64,000 nt of DNA from Octopus vulgaris (GCA_951406725.2 OX597824.1:79422001-79486000), one strand, 5' to 3'. Counted from the first letter of the stretch, positions 27,375-39,536 are shown. The notes: generated by a model from the letters alone, not told the origin. Numbers and translations: made by a program.

Positions 27375-27418
27375 CCACTACAATTGTTTCATGTCTGCTA
27401 CCGACAATCTTCAGGTGG
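27375..27418 (-). ncRNA. Type I hammerhead ribozyme motif (Penelope-type minimal)
   Basis: CCAC-CTGAAGA-t-TGTC ggtagca GACA-t-GAAA-CAATTG-TA-GTGG: stems I and II present, palindromic stem III (ACAATTGT), GUA cleavage triplet. Confidence 0.75.
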
Positions 27419-27460
27419 ATTTTCGATCTTCTAATCAGTATCAAATTTTGAAGTATACAT

Positions 27461-28114
27461 ATATATAAAGTCTGACTCATACAACCATGGAGAAATGGGT
27501 GTTAAAATGATGATGTTGATAAATATATATATATATATATAAATATACTAGTATATTTGTGTCAAAAAATCTCTAGAGGATCGCACAAGTTCAACCTGTA
27601 TGAAAATTTTCACTGGATTTTGTTGGTGATATCATTCACATTGAGCCAAAGTAACTAAACCACAAGCAGTAAACTCTGCACAGACTTTTACTTTTAAAAA
27701 ATAACTCTTGATATAGATGTGAATCGCTGTCATTTTGACAGTGCCCACTAGAGGCTGAATAAAAAAAAATGTGAAGAAATCTTCAATTATTAAAGATGTT
27801 TTTATAGTCTTATCCTCAATAGAATATTAAAACAATTCATATGAAGCTTTCCTCCATGTTTAATTCACTTTAGATCCACTCTTTCAAAGCATGTTCATTA
27901 GATATTTAATTATTCTTATTATACAAGTCTATGTCAAATATATGAAATAAATATTATGTCAACACATTTATTAGCTGCCAGTTTCATCCTTTACTTTTAA
28001 AATGCAGTCATTTTTTGACACAGATATACTAGTATGTGTGTATATATATATATATATTTATCAACATCATCATTTTAACACCCATTTCTCCATGGTTGCA
28101 TGAGTCAGACTTTA

Positions 28115-28119
<5 letters not shown>
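27461..28119. repeat. Inverted repeat with ~110-bp arms and a ~440-bp spacer
   Basis: 27461-27570 is a near reverse complement of 28010-28119. Confidence 0.9.
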
Positions 28120-28157
<38 letters not shown>

Positions 28158-28465
28158 ACATAAAATGTACCTATTACACTCTTGGAGTGGTTGGCATTAG
28201 GAAGGGCATCCAGCCATAGAAACCATGCCAGGTCAGACTAAAACCAGGTGCAGCTTTCTGACTTATGAATTCCAATCAAACCATCATCTAACCCATGCCA
28301 GCATGGAAAGTGGACATTAAATGAAGATGATGATATATGTGTGTGTATGTATATATATATATATATTAAGTATAGGAAAGAATCTGTTGTAATTTTTGCT
28401 ACCCAGGTATCGGTTATCATTTGAATTATCCGTAATAAGATAATTCATTTATCTACTTCAATAAT

Positions 28466-28498
<33 letters not shown>

Positions 28499-29889
28499 GT
28501 GTATATACATATTAATCAAAGGACACATTGAAGTGTCTACCCACTAGAAATACTGTTGTATCTGTTGTTTTCAGTGTAATTTTTAGTGGTCCAAATGAGG
28601 GCTTTAACTCTTATTTCTAGCGGGGACACTTCAATGTGTTCTTTGATTAATATAATTTTAATTCAACAGCTATATAACACTGATTTAGGCTTGCAACCAG
28701 CTATATTAATGTTGTTGTTATTATGGACTATTTGCATTGATTTCGATAATAAGAACAATATTAATATTCAATTCTGAATATTTTTGCTGCTGATCATCAT
28801 CATCATCATCATCATCATCATTTAGCGTCCGTTCTCCATGCTAGCATGGGTTGGACGGTTCAACTGGGGTCTGTGAAGCTGGAAGGCTTCATCAGACCCA
28901 GTCAGATCTGGCAGTGTTTCTATGGCTGGATGCCCTTCCTAATGCTAACCACTCCGTGAGTGTAGTGGGTGCTTTTTACGTGCCAACCGCATAAATTCAA
29001 AAAATTTGTGGGGACAAGAGAAAGAATTCAGTAACAAATTTTATATGAATTTGACCAAAAGCTTTCTAAATATTATTCAATAAATAAATAAGTAATAATA
29101 ATAGTTTCTAAATTAGGTACATCATCATCATCACCATCACTATTTAACATTCATGTTCCATACTGGCAGGTGTTGGATGGTCTTGACAAGGATTTAATGA
29201 GTCAAAAATATATTCCAATGTCTGCTTTACAATAGTTTCTATTACTGGATGCCCTTCATTCCCAGTACATGAATGGTATTCTATTTTGTTTATCACAAAA
29301 AGCTGAAAGTGGAATTTGAACTCAGAATGTGAAGAGCTAGACAGATTATCACAAGGTATTCTGTCTGAAGTTCCAACAATTTTGCCAATTCTCTGCTCCA
29401 AAATTTCTTACATATGCATATGGTCCAATGGTTCAGGAGTGGGAAGTAAGTCAATTAATGACCCCAGTACATGACAGGTACTTTATTTCATCAATTCTAG
29501 AGGGCAAAAACAAAATAATTGAACCTCAGAGTGATATGAACATAATAATATTAAAGTATAAATCCTGAAGATGAAGTACCTAAAAGATTTTGTTGTAAAA
29601 GGATACACTGGAGTGATTTTTTTCCATTAAATTTTCCAGGAATATATAAAATTTAAGAATATGCTTTAAGATTTCCAATAGCAAAAAGAAGAACTATAGC
29701 ATATAAAGTGTCTTTCTTGTTCAGAAACGCAATAAATATTTGCAGTAGATTTAAATTCACAACAGATTAATTCTCTTCTGAAAGCAAATATATTTTAATT
29801 TCACTGATATGTTAACCAGTTGGGTCTGATTAACTCGTAATACATTTTTAAGCTGTGAATATCAACTTATTTATATCATATCTGGCTTA

Positions 29890-29940
<51 letters not shown>

Positions 29941-29944
<4 letters not shown>

Positions 29945-31485
29945 CATCAGATGGATAATGTGTCAATCCACAACAGCTGTTTCCAATGAATTTGTCATTG
30001 ATTAATGGAGAAATTACAGCATTAGAAAATAACGTTTTCATTAGGTGTATACATGAATTACAACACTCAAAAACATTCCAAAGCCAACAGTTTTGTGCCA
30101 CACCATGATTTTATGACCAGTACCAGCCACAAGAATGAATTCGTTTGTTTAGTTTGGTAGTATATAGGGGAAAATTCTGTGATGCCAGGCATGAGTGGAG
30201 GAGGGGTAACGAAGATTTATAGCAATGAAGGAGGTTAGAGGATGGTGTAGGAGGGAAAACAGATAGCAAAGCATCTTGCCCCTACAACTAAGATCAAGTT
30301 AATTTCTTTTATCTTTTATTTCTGTTCAACAAGAGGGTTTGGGGCTAAAATCAAAGAGTAAGGTCAACCAGTTATTCCTTCTCTCTCTCTTTTGGAGAGG
30401 CACTGAGCAGCTATACGCACACATACACACACGGCAGTAACTTCCACCTACCGAATTCAATCACAAAGCTCCGCTCGGCTCGGGGCTATAGTGGAAGACA
30501 CCTACCCAAAGTGCCACGCAGTGGGACTGAACCCAAAACCATGTAGCTAGGTTATCTATATATTCATTTAACATATAAGCGCAGGAGTGGCTGTGTGGTA
30601 AATAGCTTGCTTACCAACCACATGGTTCCAGGTTCAGTCCCACTGCGTGACACCTTGGGCAAGTGTCTTCTACTATAGCCTCGGGCCGACCAAGTGTGAG
30701 TGGATTTGGTAGACGGAAACTGAAAGAAGCCCGTCGTATGTATATGTTTGTGTGTCTGTGTTTGTCCCCACAACATCGCTTGACAACCGATGCTGCTGTG
30801 TTTACGTCCCCGTAACTTAGTGGTTTGGCAAGAGTGCCCGATAGAATAAGTACTAGGCTTACAAAGAATACGTCATGGGGTCGATTTGCTCGACTAAAGG
30901 TAGTGCTCCAGCATGGCCACAGTCAAATGACTGAAGCAAATTAAAAAATTACTTTATTTATTTAATTATTGATATGATGACCACTTTTTTTTTTATTTAA
31001 TACCCTCTCCTCTATCAGAACATCTTAGACTTACTGTCTCTCTCTTTCATAATTTTTCCAGCAATATAGAAAGTTGTTAAATAGATAAATATGTAAATAA
31101 ATAACTGGTTGGTGTTACCCTTTGATTTTAGCCTAAAAAACTCTAGTCCAATAAAAATAAAAGATAAAAGAAATTAACTACCCCCATCCTCTAACCTCCT
31201 TCATTGCTATAAATCTTCATTACCCCACTACTCACGCCTGACATCACAGTATTTTCCCCTATTATACTACCAAACTAAACAAATTCATTTTTATGACTGA
31301 CACCGATCATAAAATCATGAAGTGGCACAAATCGTTGGCTTTTGAATGTTTCTGAATGCTGTGATTCATGTATTCACTTAATGAAAACCGTTTTTCCAAA
31401 TGATATAATTTCTCTATTAATTAATTGATTAAAAACTCATTGGAAACAGCTGTAGTGGATTGACACATTATCCATCTGTTGTTAC
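29941..31485. mobile_element. Old foldback/MITE-like element with ~310-bp diverged inverted arms
   Basis: 29941-30250 (AACATCAGATGGATAATGTGTCAATCCAC...GAAGGAGGTTAGAGGATGG) is inverted at ~31180-31485; two SINEs sit inside. Confidence 0.8.
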
Positions 31486-32244
31486 CTATTTATTATTCAC
31501 CTCACTCGGAACCTGCTCCTTGCATAGATTTTGAAGTATATTATGAACCATGCATTTAGTGCAATGTGCATTTTCTAGATTAGCCTAAGGGCTTATGGTG
31601 AACTCAGTCAGGTACAGTTAATTCTATATACATATACTGAATAGCTTTGTACGAGTGTACGCAGCACATGCACTACAGCATTACTATGCATAGCTTAAAT
31701 ACCGAGATTGAAAAGCAGGGGCAAATTATGCCTACCTAATCTACAGAAAAAGAAATAATAATATTTTGTATTTTATGCATAGTAATCAGAGTAACCTTCA
31801 TAATTATTGAATTAGGTGCATATTTTGCCATAAAAGGAAAATGTTGCTATCAATCTATTTTATTCAAGGTAGGCACAGTCTACCTTGCCTACTTATGGGG
31901 TACACCCCTGATGAGCCTGGTTCGCCAGTCCTCAGTCAAATCGTCCAACTCATGCTAGCATGGAAAGCGGATGTAAAACGATGATGATGATCTATATATA
32001 CATATTCTTTTATTCTTTTATTTGTTTCAGTCATTTGACTGCAGCCATGCCAGAGCCCCACATTTGGTTGAACAAATTGACCTCAGGACTTATTCTTTGT
32101 AAGCCTAGTACTTATCCTATCGGTCACTTTTGCTGAACCGCTAAGTTACAGGGACATAAAAACACCAACATCGATTGTCAAGCGATGGTAGGGGGACAAA
32201 CACAGACACACAAACATACACACACAAACATACATACATATATA

Positions 32245-32757
32245 CTAGCAGCTAAGCCCGGTTTCACTCGGTTGGTTTGAATGATGTGGCTGTAAAACCT
32301 GTTCTGTGTAAGCATTAGACTTATTTGGGCACACTTACATTAAAAAACAATTTTAGAATGACGTTTTTCTGTCAAAATGCTAAAAATAACTGACCAAGAT
32401 TCAACCAAATCAAAAAATTAACCCAAATACTAAATGAACAAAGATGAACCCTCCCACTTCCATTGTGCGTGCACACACACACAAACACACACACACACAG
32501 GCACACACACACATACATTCACATAACCCCTTTTACATACACACACATATATTCACACAGAGTTGACATGCTGTTTGGTTTATTTTTTTCAGCGTACATT
32601 ACCAAGTATTACATCACCCCTTCCTTTCTAATTCATAAACACAAGAGTATTATTATAGTAGATTATCTCGGTAACGATGGGAGCTATCAAAAAAATACAA
32701 AACCTAGCATCACCATTGGATCATTCTACACATTTGTGTAATTTTTTGTGCCCACCC
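32245..32757 (-). mobile_element. Helitron-like fragment nested in a SINE microsatellite
   Basis: Minus-strand 3' end CCGAGTGAAACCGGG-CTTAGCTG-CTAG|T; the host SINE resumes at ~32760. Confidence 0.6.
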
Positions 32758-32892
32758 AGCTTCTGTCAACCAAATCCACTTACAAGGCTTTGATCGGCCT
32801 GAGGCTATAGTAGAAGACACTTGCCCAAGGTGCCATGCAGTGGGACTGAACCGGGAACCATGTGGTTGGTAAGCAAGCTAGCTACTCCTGTG

Positions 32893-32941
<49 letters not shown>

Positions 32942-34464
32942 TCGTCTGGCACCTGTGTCGGTGGCACATAAAATCACCCACTACACTCTCAGAGTGGTTG
33001 GCGTTAGGAAGGGCATCCAGCTGTAGAAACACTGCCAGATCTGACTGGCCTGGTGCAGCCTTCGGGCTTGCCAGACCCCAGTTGAACCGTCCAACCCATG
33101 CTAGCATGGAAAGCGGACGTTAAACGATGATGATATATATATATATATATATATTATGGATTTGTAGATTTTTTCCCTATTTGTGTTCTATACACAGGAA
33201 TTAATATAATATGGAAAAAAAAAATTTTATTTTTTAATTCGAAATTAAAACTTTTTCATTTTTTAATTCAAAATTAATTTTTTTAAAAAATCAGTTTCAA
33301 ATGCAGACAGTTTGAATTTTTTTGCTTAAATTCAAGCATAGACCATTAAATATATAAGCAATAGACCATAAAATTGAAAAACATCAATGTGTTAGAATGA
33401 CAAAGAAATGAAGTGTGTATCAGGTGGTCATGAGAGGTGCTAAATATGACAGCTAAATAGCCCTTAAATCACACACAGAAAATCTTTTTTTGGTTTTGGT
33501 ATAATCATATGAACTAGCAGGACCCGTGAATATTTCATAGAATTAATGATAAACCAGTCGGGTTATTTCTGAAATCTTTACCCAAAAAACCTGAAAGTGT
33601 AGCTTGTGTTGTGTCTGTATGGAAAGATAGTCATTCATCTGCTACTCATTGAGAAGTGAAAGAAATTGGAATATGATGATTACTTAATGCACTTTATATA
33701 TACACTTTATATACCTTAAAGAACAATTTTATAGACTTAACACACAGCAATCATAAAATAAATATTCACGCTTATTTTTCCATTTTTCTCATTAACAAAA
33801 AAAAATATCCTATACATATGATACAACCTTTAGTTAAATTGCATATGTCTGCCATGTAAATAAGCATAAACATTTCACGGAATTGCACTTATGGGCATGC
33901 TTAAGTGATAGGTGATATAAAAAAACTTTAATTTTAAAAAAGTACAATTTTCACTATCCAATCACCACCACCACCACCACCACCTCCCTCATCTCCATCT
34001 CCACCACCACCACCACCACCACCATCTCTCTCTTCCTCTCTACCATTCTTTAACCTCACCATCAGAACATCACCCCTCTGCTAAAATTATTATATTCCCC
34101 CCTACCACACATCATAGACACTTCTCTTTTTCTTTTTCTTTCCCTCTTCCTCTCTTTGTTTCTCCCTCGTTCTGTCTCACACTTAACCTTATCCTCTTTT
34201 TCACTCTCCTTTTTCTTTCTCCTCTCTTTTCCTTCAACTTATCACATGAAAGTGTTACAATTACATTCCCTCTACTGCATGTCATGGACACCTCTCTCCT
34301 TCTTTTCTTTCTCCCTTTTTTTTCTCTAATCACGTGAAAGCATTACCAAAAGGCTAAGTAATGCAGTGACAAGATTCCTATGTGTAGAACATAAATTCAC
34401 AAAAATTTTCAGAAAATTCCCCAAAATGGAAAAGTAATGAGGATTTATATAGGGTGCTTAAAGC

Positions 34465-35125
34465 AGAAGGAAAGATTTTCGTCCCCACCCCATTTTCTCC
34501 CAAATTTGTTTATTAAAAAAAAATTTTTTGCCAAAAACCCCCGTTTTCGGATACAGAGGTTCCAGAAAATTGCCAAAAATCGTCATTGTCAAATTCCCCC
34601 CCCCCCATTTCTCCAATTTTGACTTTTTTCCCTAACACTAACCCTAACTCTAACCCTAAAACCCTAACCCTAACCCTAAAACCCTAACCCTAACCCTAAC
34701 CCTAAAACCCTAACCCTATCCCTAAAACCTTAACCCTAACCTTAACCCTAAAACCCTAACCCTAACCTTAACTACAGAAATGTTATGAAATTTTTGTCTG
34801 AATCATAATGTCTATATTTTTCTGCATATTTAGAAAAATTCTTAAAAAAAATTTTACAAAAATTTTAGGAAATTTTTTTCAGAATCATAATCTCTGTATT
34901 TTTCTGCATATTTTGAAAAAAAAAATTCTGAAAAAAGTAAAAAATTAAGGAAATGGGGGTGAGGTGGGGGATTGGGGGAAAAATTTTTAAATGCCAATTT
35001 TTGCCAATTTTTTTACAGATTCATATTCCCCATAGCCAAAAAGTGGGGTTTGTGTGAAAAAAAAATTTTTTTTAAAGAGTGGTTTGGGTGGGTGGGTTTT
35101 TGGGCACGTAGAAGTCTTTGCCAAG
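34465..35125. mobile_element. Inverted-repeat-flanked element carrying an interstitial telomere-like array
   Basis: (CCCTAA)/(CCCTAAAA) array at 34630-34772; flanks ~34470-34630 and ~34930-35122 are imperfect inverted repeats. Confidence 0.6.
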
Positions 35126-35641
35126 CAGAATTCCAGCCAAAGTGTAACATTACATGAGTGTAAGTAAGGATGAGTGCAAGCTAGGATGAGTGCAAGCTAG
35201 GATGAGTGCAAGCTAGAAACGAATGAGGTGCTTGATGTATAATGTTAATGTAAACATATGAGGAAGCAGAAATGAGCCAAAAGAAAAACTGGGTATAAAT
35301 CAAATAAGATGTTGTGTGGAAGAGAGGAGGCTGTGTTGATGCAGATTTAAGTTGCACATGAAGGATAATGGTTAGATAAACAAAAAAACAGACCTCCCCC
35401 TCCAAAAAAAAAAAACCCCAGTGAAATGATCCAAATGAAAGAAACTTGTAGAAAAGGACAAAACATGCAAAGGAAGACATGCAAAGAAAAAATATTGTGA
35501 ATGCTGAATGTTGCTCACAGACAGCCGAATCTCACGAAGGAGAGATGGTAAAAGACCCGCAAAAAAGTGGCGAGACTCTGCATCGGCAAAGATTTCTTCG
35601 ACCCGGGGAAAGTATGGGAAGGAAAATGGATGCAAATTGAT

Positions 35642-36180
35642 TGTGATGATGATGATGATGATGATGCTGATGGTGGAGGTGGTGGAGGTGGTGGTGGTGA
35701 TGATGATGATGATGATGACGACGACGACGACGACGATGGTGGTGGTGGTGGTGGTGGTGGTGATGATGATGATGGTGCTGGTGGTGGTGGTGGTGGTGAT
35801 GATGATGGTGGTGGTGGTAGTGGTGGTGGTAGTGGTGATGATGATGATGATGGTGGTGGTGGTGATGGTGGTAGTGGTGGTAGTGGTGGTGGTGGTGGTG
35901 ATGATGATGGTGATGGTGATGATGATGGTGGTGGTGGTGATGATGATGATGATGGTGGTGGTGGTGATGGTGGTAGTAGTGGTGGTGGTGGTAATGATGA
36001 TGATGATGATGATGACGACAACGACGATGGTGGTGGTGGTGGTGGTGATGATGATGATGGTGATGGTGCTGGTGGTGGTGGTGGTGATGATGATGGTGGT
36101 GGTGGTGGTGGTGGTGGTGATGGTGGTGGTGGTGATGATGATGATGGTGGTGGTGGTGATGGTGGTGGTGGTGGTGGTGG

Positions 36181-36211
<31 letters not shown>

Positions 36212-36253
36212 GGTGGTGGTGGTGATGGTGGTTGTAGTCAATCATGATAATGA

Positions 36254-36286
<33 letters not shown>

Positions 36287-36300
36287 TGACGATAATAATG
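35642..36300. repeat. Long compound (GAT)n/(GGT)n/(GAC)n trinucleotide repeat
   Basis: Direct reading; source of the poly-H, poly-G/D, poly-M/V and poly-T/I ORFs. Confidence 0.97.
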
Positions 36301-36719
36301 ACCGCGATAATATGCAATGTGTGTTTGTGTGTACGTGATTATTATCGATCCTGCAGTATATATCAACCTGTTTCCCCCTTTTGTCTGTTTATATTCTGTT
36401 TCTTCACCTTCCTGTTGAGTATGATCCGCTGGCAAAGTAAAACGAGATAGAGAAAGAGAGAGAGAAGGGGGTGGGGCAAAACAAGGAAAAACAGCGCACA
36501 TCTGATAGTGGTGATGAAAGATGCTTGTGATAACATTTGTTTTATGTGTAAGCTTATCTGTGTATGTGTGTGTGTGTGTGTGTCTGTGTGTGTGTGTGTG
36601 TGTGCGTGTGTGTGTGTGTGTGTGTATGCTTATGAGTAGGTAGATAGACAGATAATTTGTGGCATAGTGAGAGAAAGAAGATATGCTTATCTGTGTATGT
36701 ATGTGTGTGTGTGTGTGTC

Positions 36720-36762
<43 letters not shown>

Positions 36763-37289
36763 CACTTGTGAGTAGGTAGATAGATAGATAATTTGTGGAG
36801 AGAAAGAAGAGAGGAAGAGGTTGACTTGATGAAGGGAAAATTTATGAGAGTGAAGAAAAGAGCATTAGGGGGGTGGTGATTAAAAGATAACACAAAATAG
36901 ACTGGCAATGCATAGTGAGAGAGAAAAGAAGAAACAGAAAGAGAGAGGGTGGGGAGAGGGAGAGGGGGGAACAGGAGACAGAAGAAGAAGAAAGAGCCAG
37001 TAGGAAAGATAGGCAAGATGTAAAATAACAACTATTGAGAAAAAGAGAGTGGGAGAGAGAAGAGAGTAAGAATGAATACTCACACGCACGCACACACACA
37101 CACACGCACGCACACACATACACACACACGCACACATACAAGAACACACGTTCTCACAGAACGTGTGAAATAAAGGGAGATAATTAATTTGAACTACTAC
37201 TGTGAACTTGTAAGTTTCTCACCATTTGTTTCTGGCTTTTAGATATTATATCTTCTCTAAAACATTCTCTTTCTCCCCCATTTGTCCCT

Positions 37290-37388
<99 letters not shown>

Positions 37389-37680
37389 GTTTAACGTTCG
37401 CTTTCCATGCTAGCATGGGTTGGACGGTTCAACTGGGGTCTGGGAAGCCCGAAGGCTGCACCGGGCCAGTCAGATCTGGCAGTGTTTCTACAGCTGGATG
37501 CCCTTCCTAACGCCAACCACTCCGAGAGTGTAGTGGGTGATTTTATGTGCCACCGACACAGGTGCCAGACGAGGCTGGCGAACGGCCACGCTCGGATGGT
37601 GTTTTTTACGTGCCACCGGCACGGAGGCCAGTCGATGTGGTACTGGCTACGGCCACGTTCGGATGGTTTTCTTATGTGCC

Positions 37681-37785
37681 ACCGGCACTGGTACCACCGG
37701 CACTGGTACCACCGGCACTGGTACCACCGGCACTGGTACCACCGGCACTGGTACCACCGGCACTGGTACCACCGGCACTGGTACC
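37681..37785. repeat. Perfect 15-bp minisatellite, 7 copies
   Basis: (ACCGGCACTGGTACC)7 inside a (GAT)n-tailed retroposon. Confidence 0.97.
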
Positions 37786-37960
37786 ACTAAGATACAAATT
37801 CCATTGATGTTCATCTATTTTGATTTGGTTTGATTTTCACTTGCCTCAACAGGTCTTCACAAGTGTCACTCCTCTATTTACATAATATTGAGGTCTCTTT
37901 CTTTCTTTTGTTATCTTACCATTTTTACCAATATATATATATATATATATATATATGTAT

Positions 37961-38412
37961 TAGCATCCACTCTTAGTGTTTAGCCATATTTAAATGGCAA
38001 ATATACGTCACAATGTGTTGCAGCTACTGTTTATAACTCGCTCTAAGATTTATTATTGCTAGTTTACACTTTTTCGATATCAGTGTCTGTACGATACTGG
38101 AAAAAGGATATGTATTTGTGAAGGGAACCTACTTTTCCTCGACAACTGTGATTGTCACACGCTGATGACGGGTCAATTACTCAGAAACTTGAGTCCGTGT
38201 GTATCATAAGTTGAAGACGGGAAGGATGGCTTCCCTTTGCAAATACTGATAGGGCACAGAAAGTGTGTCTATAGCCAGCTGGAGGAGGTGTCCTCCTGGG
38301 GCTACAAACTATAGTAGCATCCATCCTTAGGGCTTAGCCATATTTAAATAGCAAATATACGTCACGATGTGTTGCAGCTACTGTTTATAACTCGCTCTAA
38401 GATTTATTATTG
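37961..38412 (+). mobile_element. Retrozyme / Penelope pLTR-like unit with terminal redundancy
   Basis: 98-bp direct repeats (37961-38058 and 38315-38412, six differences), period 354 bp, internal hammerhead, (TA)n flanks, no ORF. Confidence 0.75.
38156..38201 (+). ncRNA. Type I hammerhead ribozyme motif
   Basis: CACACG-CTGATGA-c-GGGT caatt ACTC-a-GAAA-CTTGA-GTC-CGTGTG: 6-bp stem I, near-palindromic stem III, GUC triplet. Confidence 0.8.
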
Positions 38413-38428
38413 ATTATATATATATATA

Positions 38429-38785
38429 CTAGCAGTATCGCCCGGCGTTGCTCAGGTTTGTAAGCATTTTTAGAGAGTTATAGCCAAAAAAAATGGAAAA
38501 AAAATTATGGTAAATTTTTTTGAGAGTTAAAACGGTCGAGTTGCGTCCCCTAGACAGTCTGTGGTTTGTGTTTCTGATTCTCGACCCCATGTCGAATTTA
38601 TCGATTTTTTTCAGAACTGGGGGAACTTTTCAAAATTTTCTCTGCGTTAGTTTTGAATTATGACATTGGGCTATGTGTGTGTCAAGTTTCATCAGAATCG
38701 GTTGAAAGCCATGGTCAGGGTGAGGGTACAAGCAAACAGACACACAGAAACACACACAGACAAACTGCCGTTTATATATATATAT
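38429..38785 (-). mobile_element. Non-autonomous Helitron (same 3' terminus as 16944-17344)
   Basis: Plus strand ACTAGCAGTATCGCCCGGCGTTGCTC matches the 16.9-kb copy; its 5' end runs into a (TA)n-centred palindrome. Confidence 0.8.
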
Positions 38786-39536
38786 ATATATATATAAACG
38801 GCAGTTTGTCTGTGTGTGTTTCTGTGTGTCTGTTTGCTTGTACCCTCACCCTATATAAACTCTCTTTTTCTTTCTGATATATACTCCTTTTCATTTCTTC
38901 TTTCGTCTTCCCCTCTTTCTCTTGGTTGAGAATGAGACAAATGAGTTACAAGATTTGGTGAAACAGGATGCAGCGAGTGAGTCTGGTTAGAAGTAACATG
39001 CAGTTTGTTCAGATGAGCAGAGCTAATATACAACTTGTTCCTAATCCATTTACCTCAACACTTCTCATTACCTTTGTTATGTCCTTCCTCCCACCCAGGC
39101 CCCTACAGATCACTAAATCTATTTCTTCCTTTTCAGAACATTCGCTGCCTGGAATATTCTCCTTGCTTATGTCTTTTCTGCAGGTCTCAACTTATAACAG
39201 CTTGGCCCTTTAGCATTCAGACTACTCTGTCAAATCATCATCATCATCATTTAACATCTGTTGTCCATGCTGGCATGGGTTGGACGGTTTGACTGTCCAA
39301 CATAATCTGGGAGGCTATTCCAGGCTGGAAGGCTATTCCAGGCTCCAGTTTGACTTGGCATGGTTTTTTACTGCTGGATGCCCTTCCTAACTCCAACCAC
39401 TCTAAGAGTGTAATGGGTGTTTTTATGTACCACCGACATGGGTGCCATTTGTGTGACACCGGTATCTGCCATGACTGCGATTTTGCTTGGTTTGATGGGT
39501 CTTCTTCTCAAGCATAACATAATGCCAAAGGTCTTG

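Noticed and set aside
34630-34772. True telomere or fusion site
   Set aside because: Short, degenerate, single orientation and internal to inverted flanks.
35372-36338. Long ORFs on both strands (poly-His, Gly/Asp, Met/Val, Thr/Ile)
   Set aside because: They are translations of a GAT/GGT triplet repeat that lacks stops; no coding complexity.
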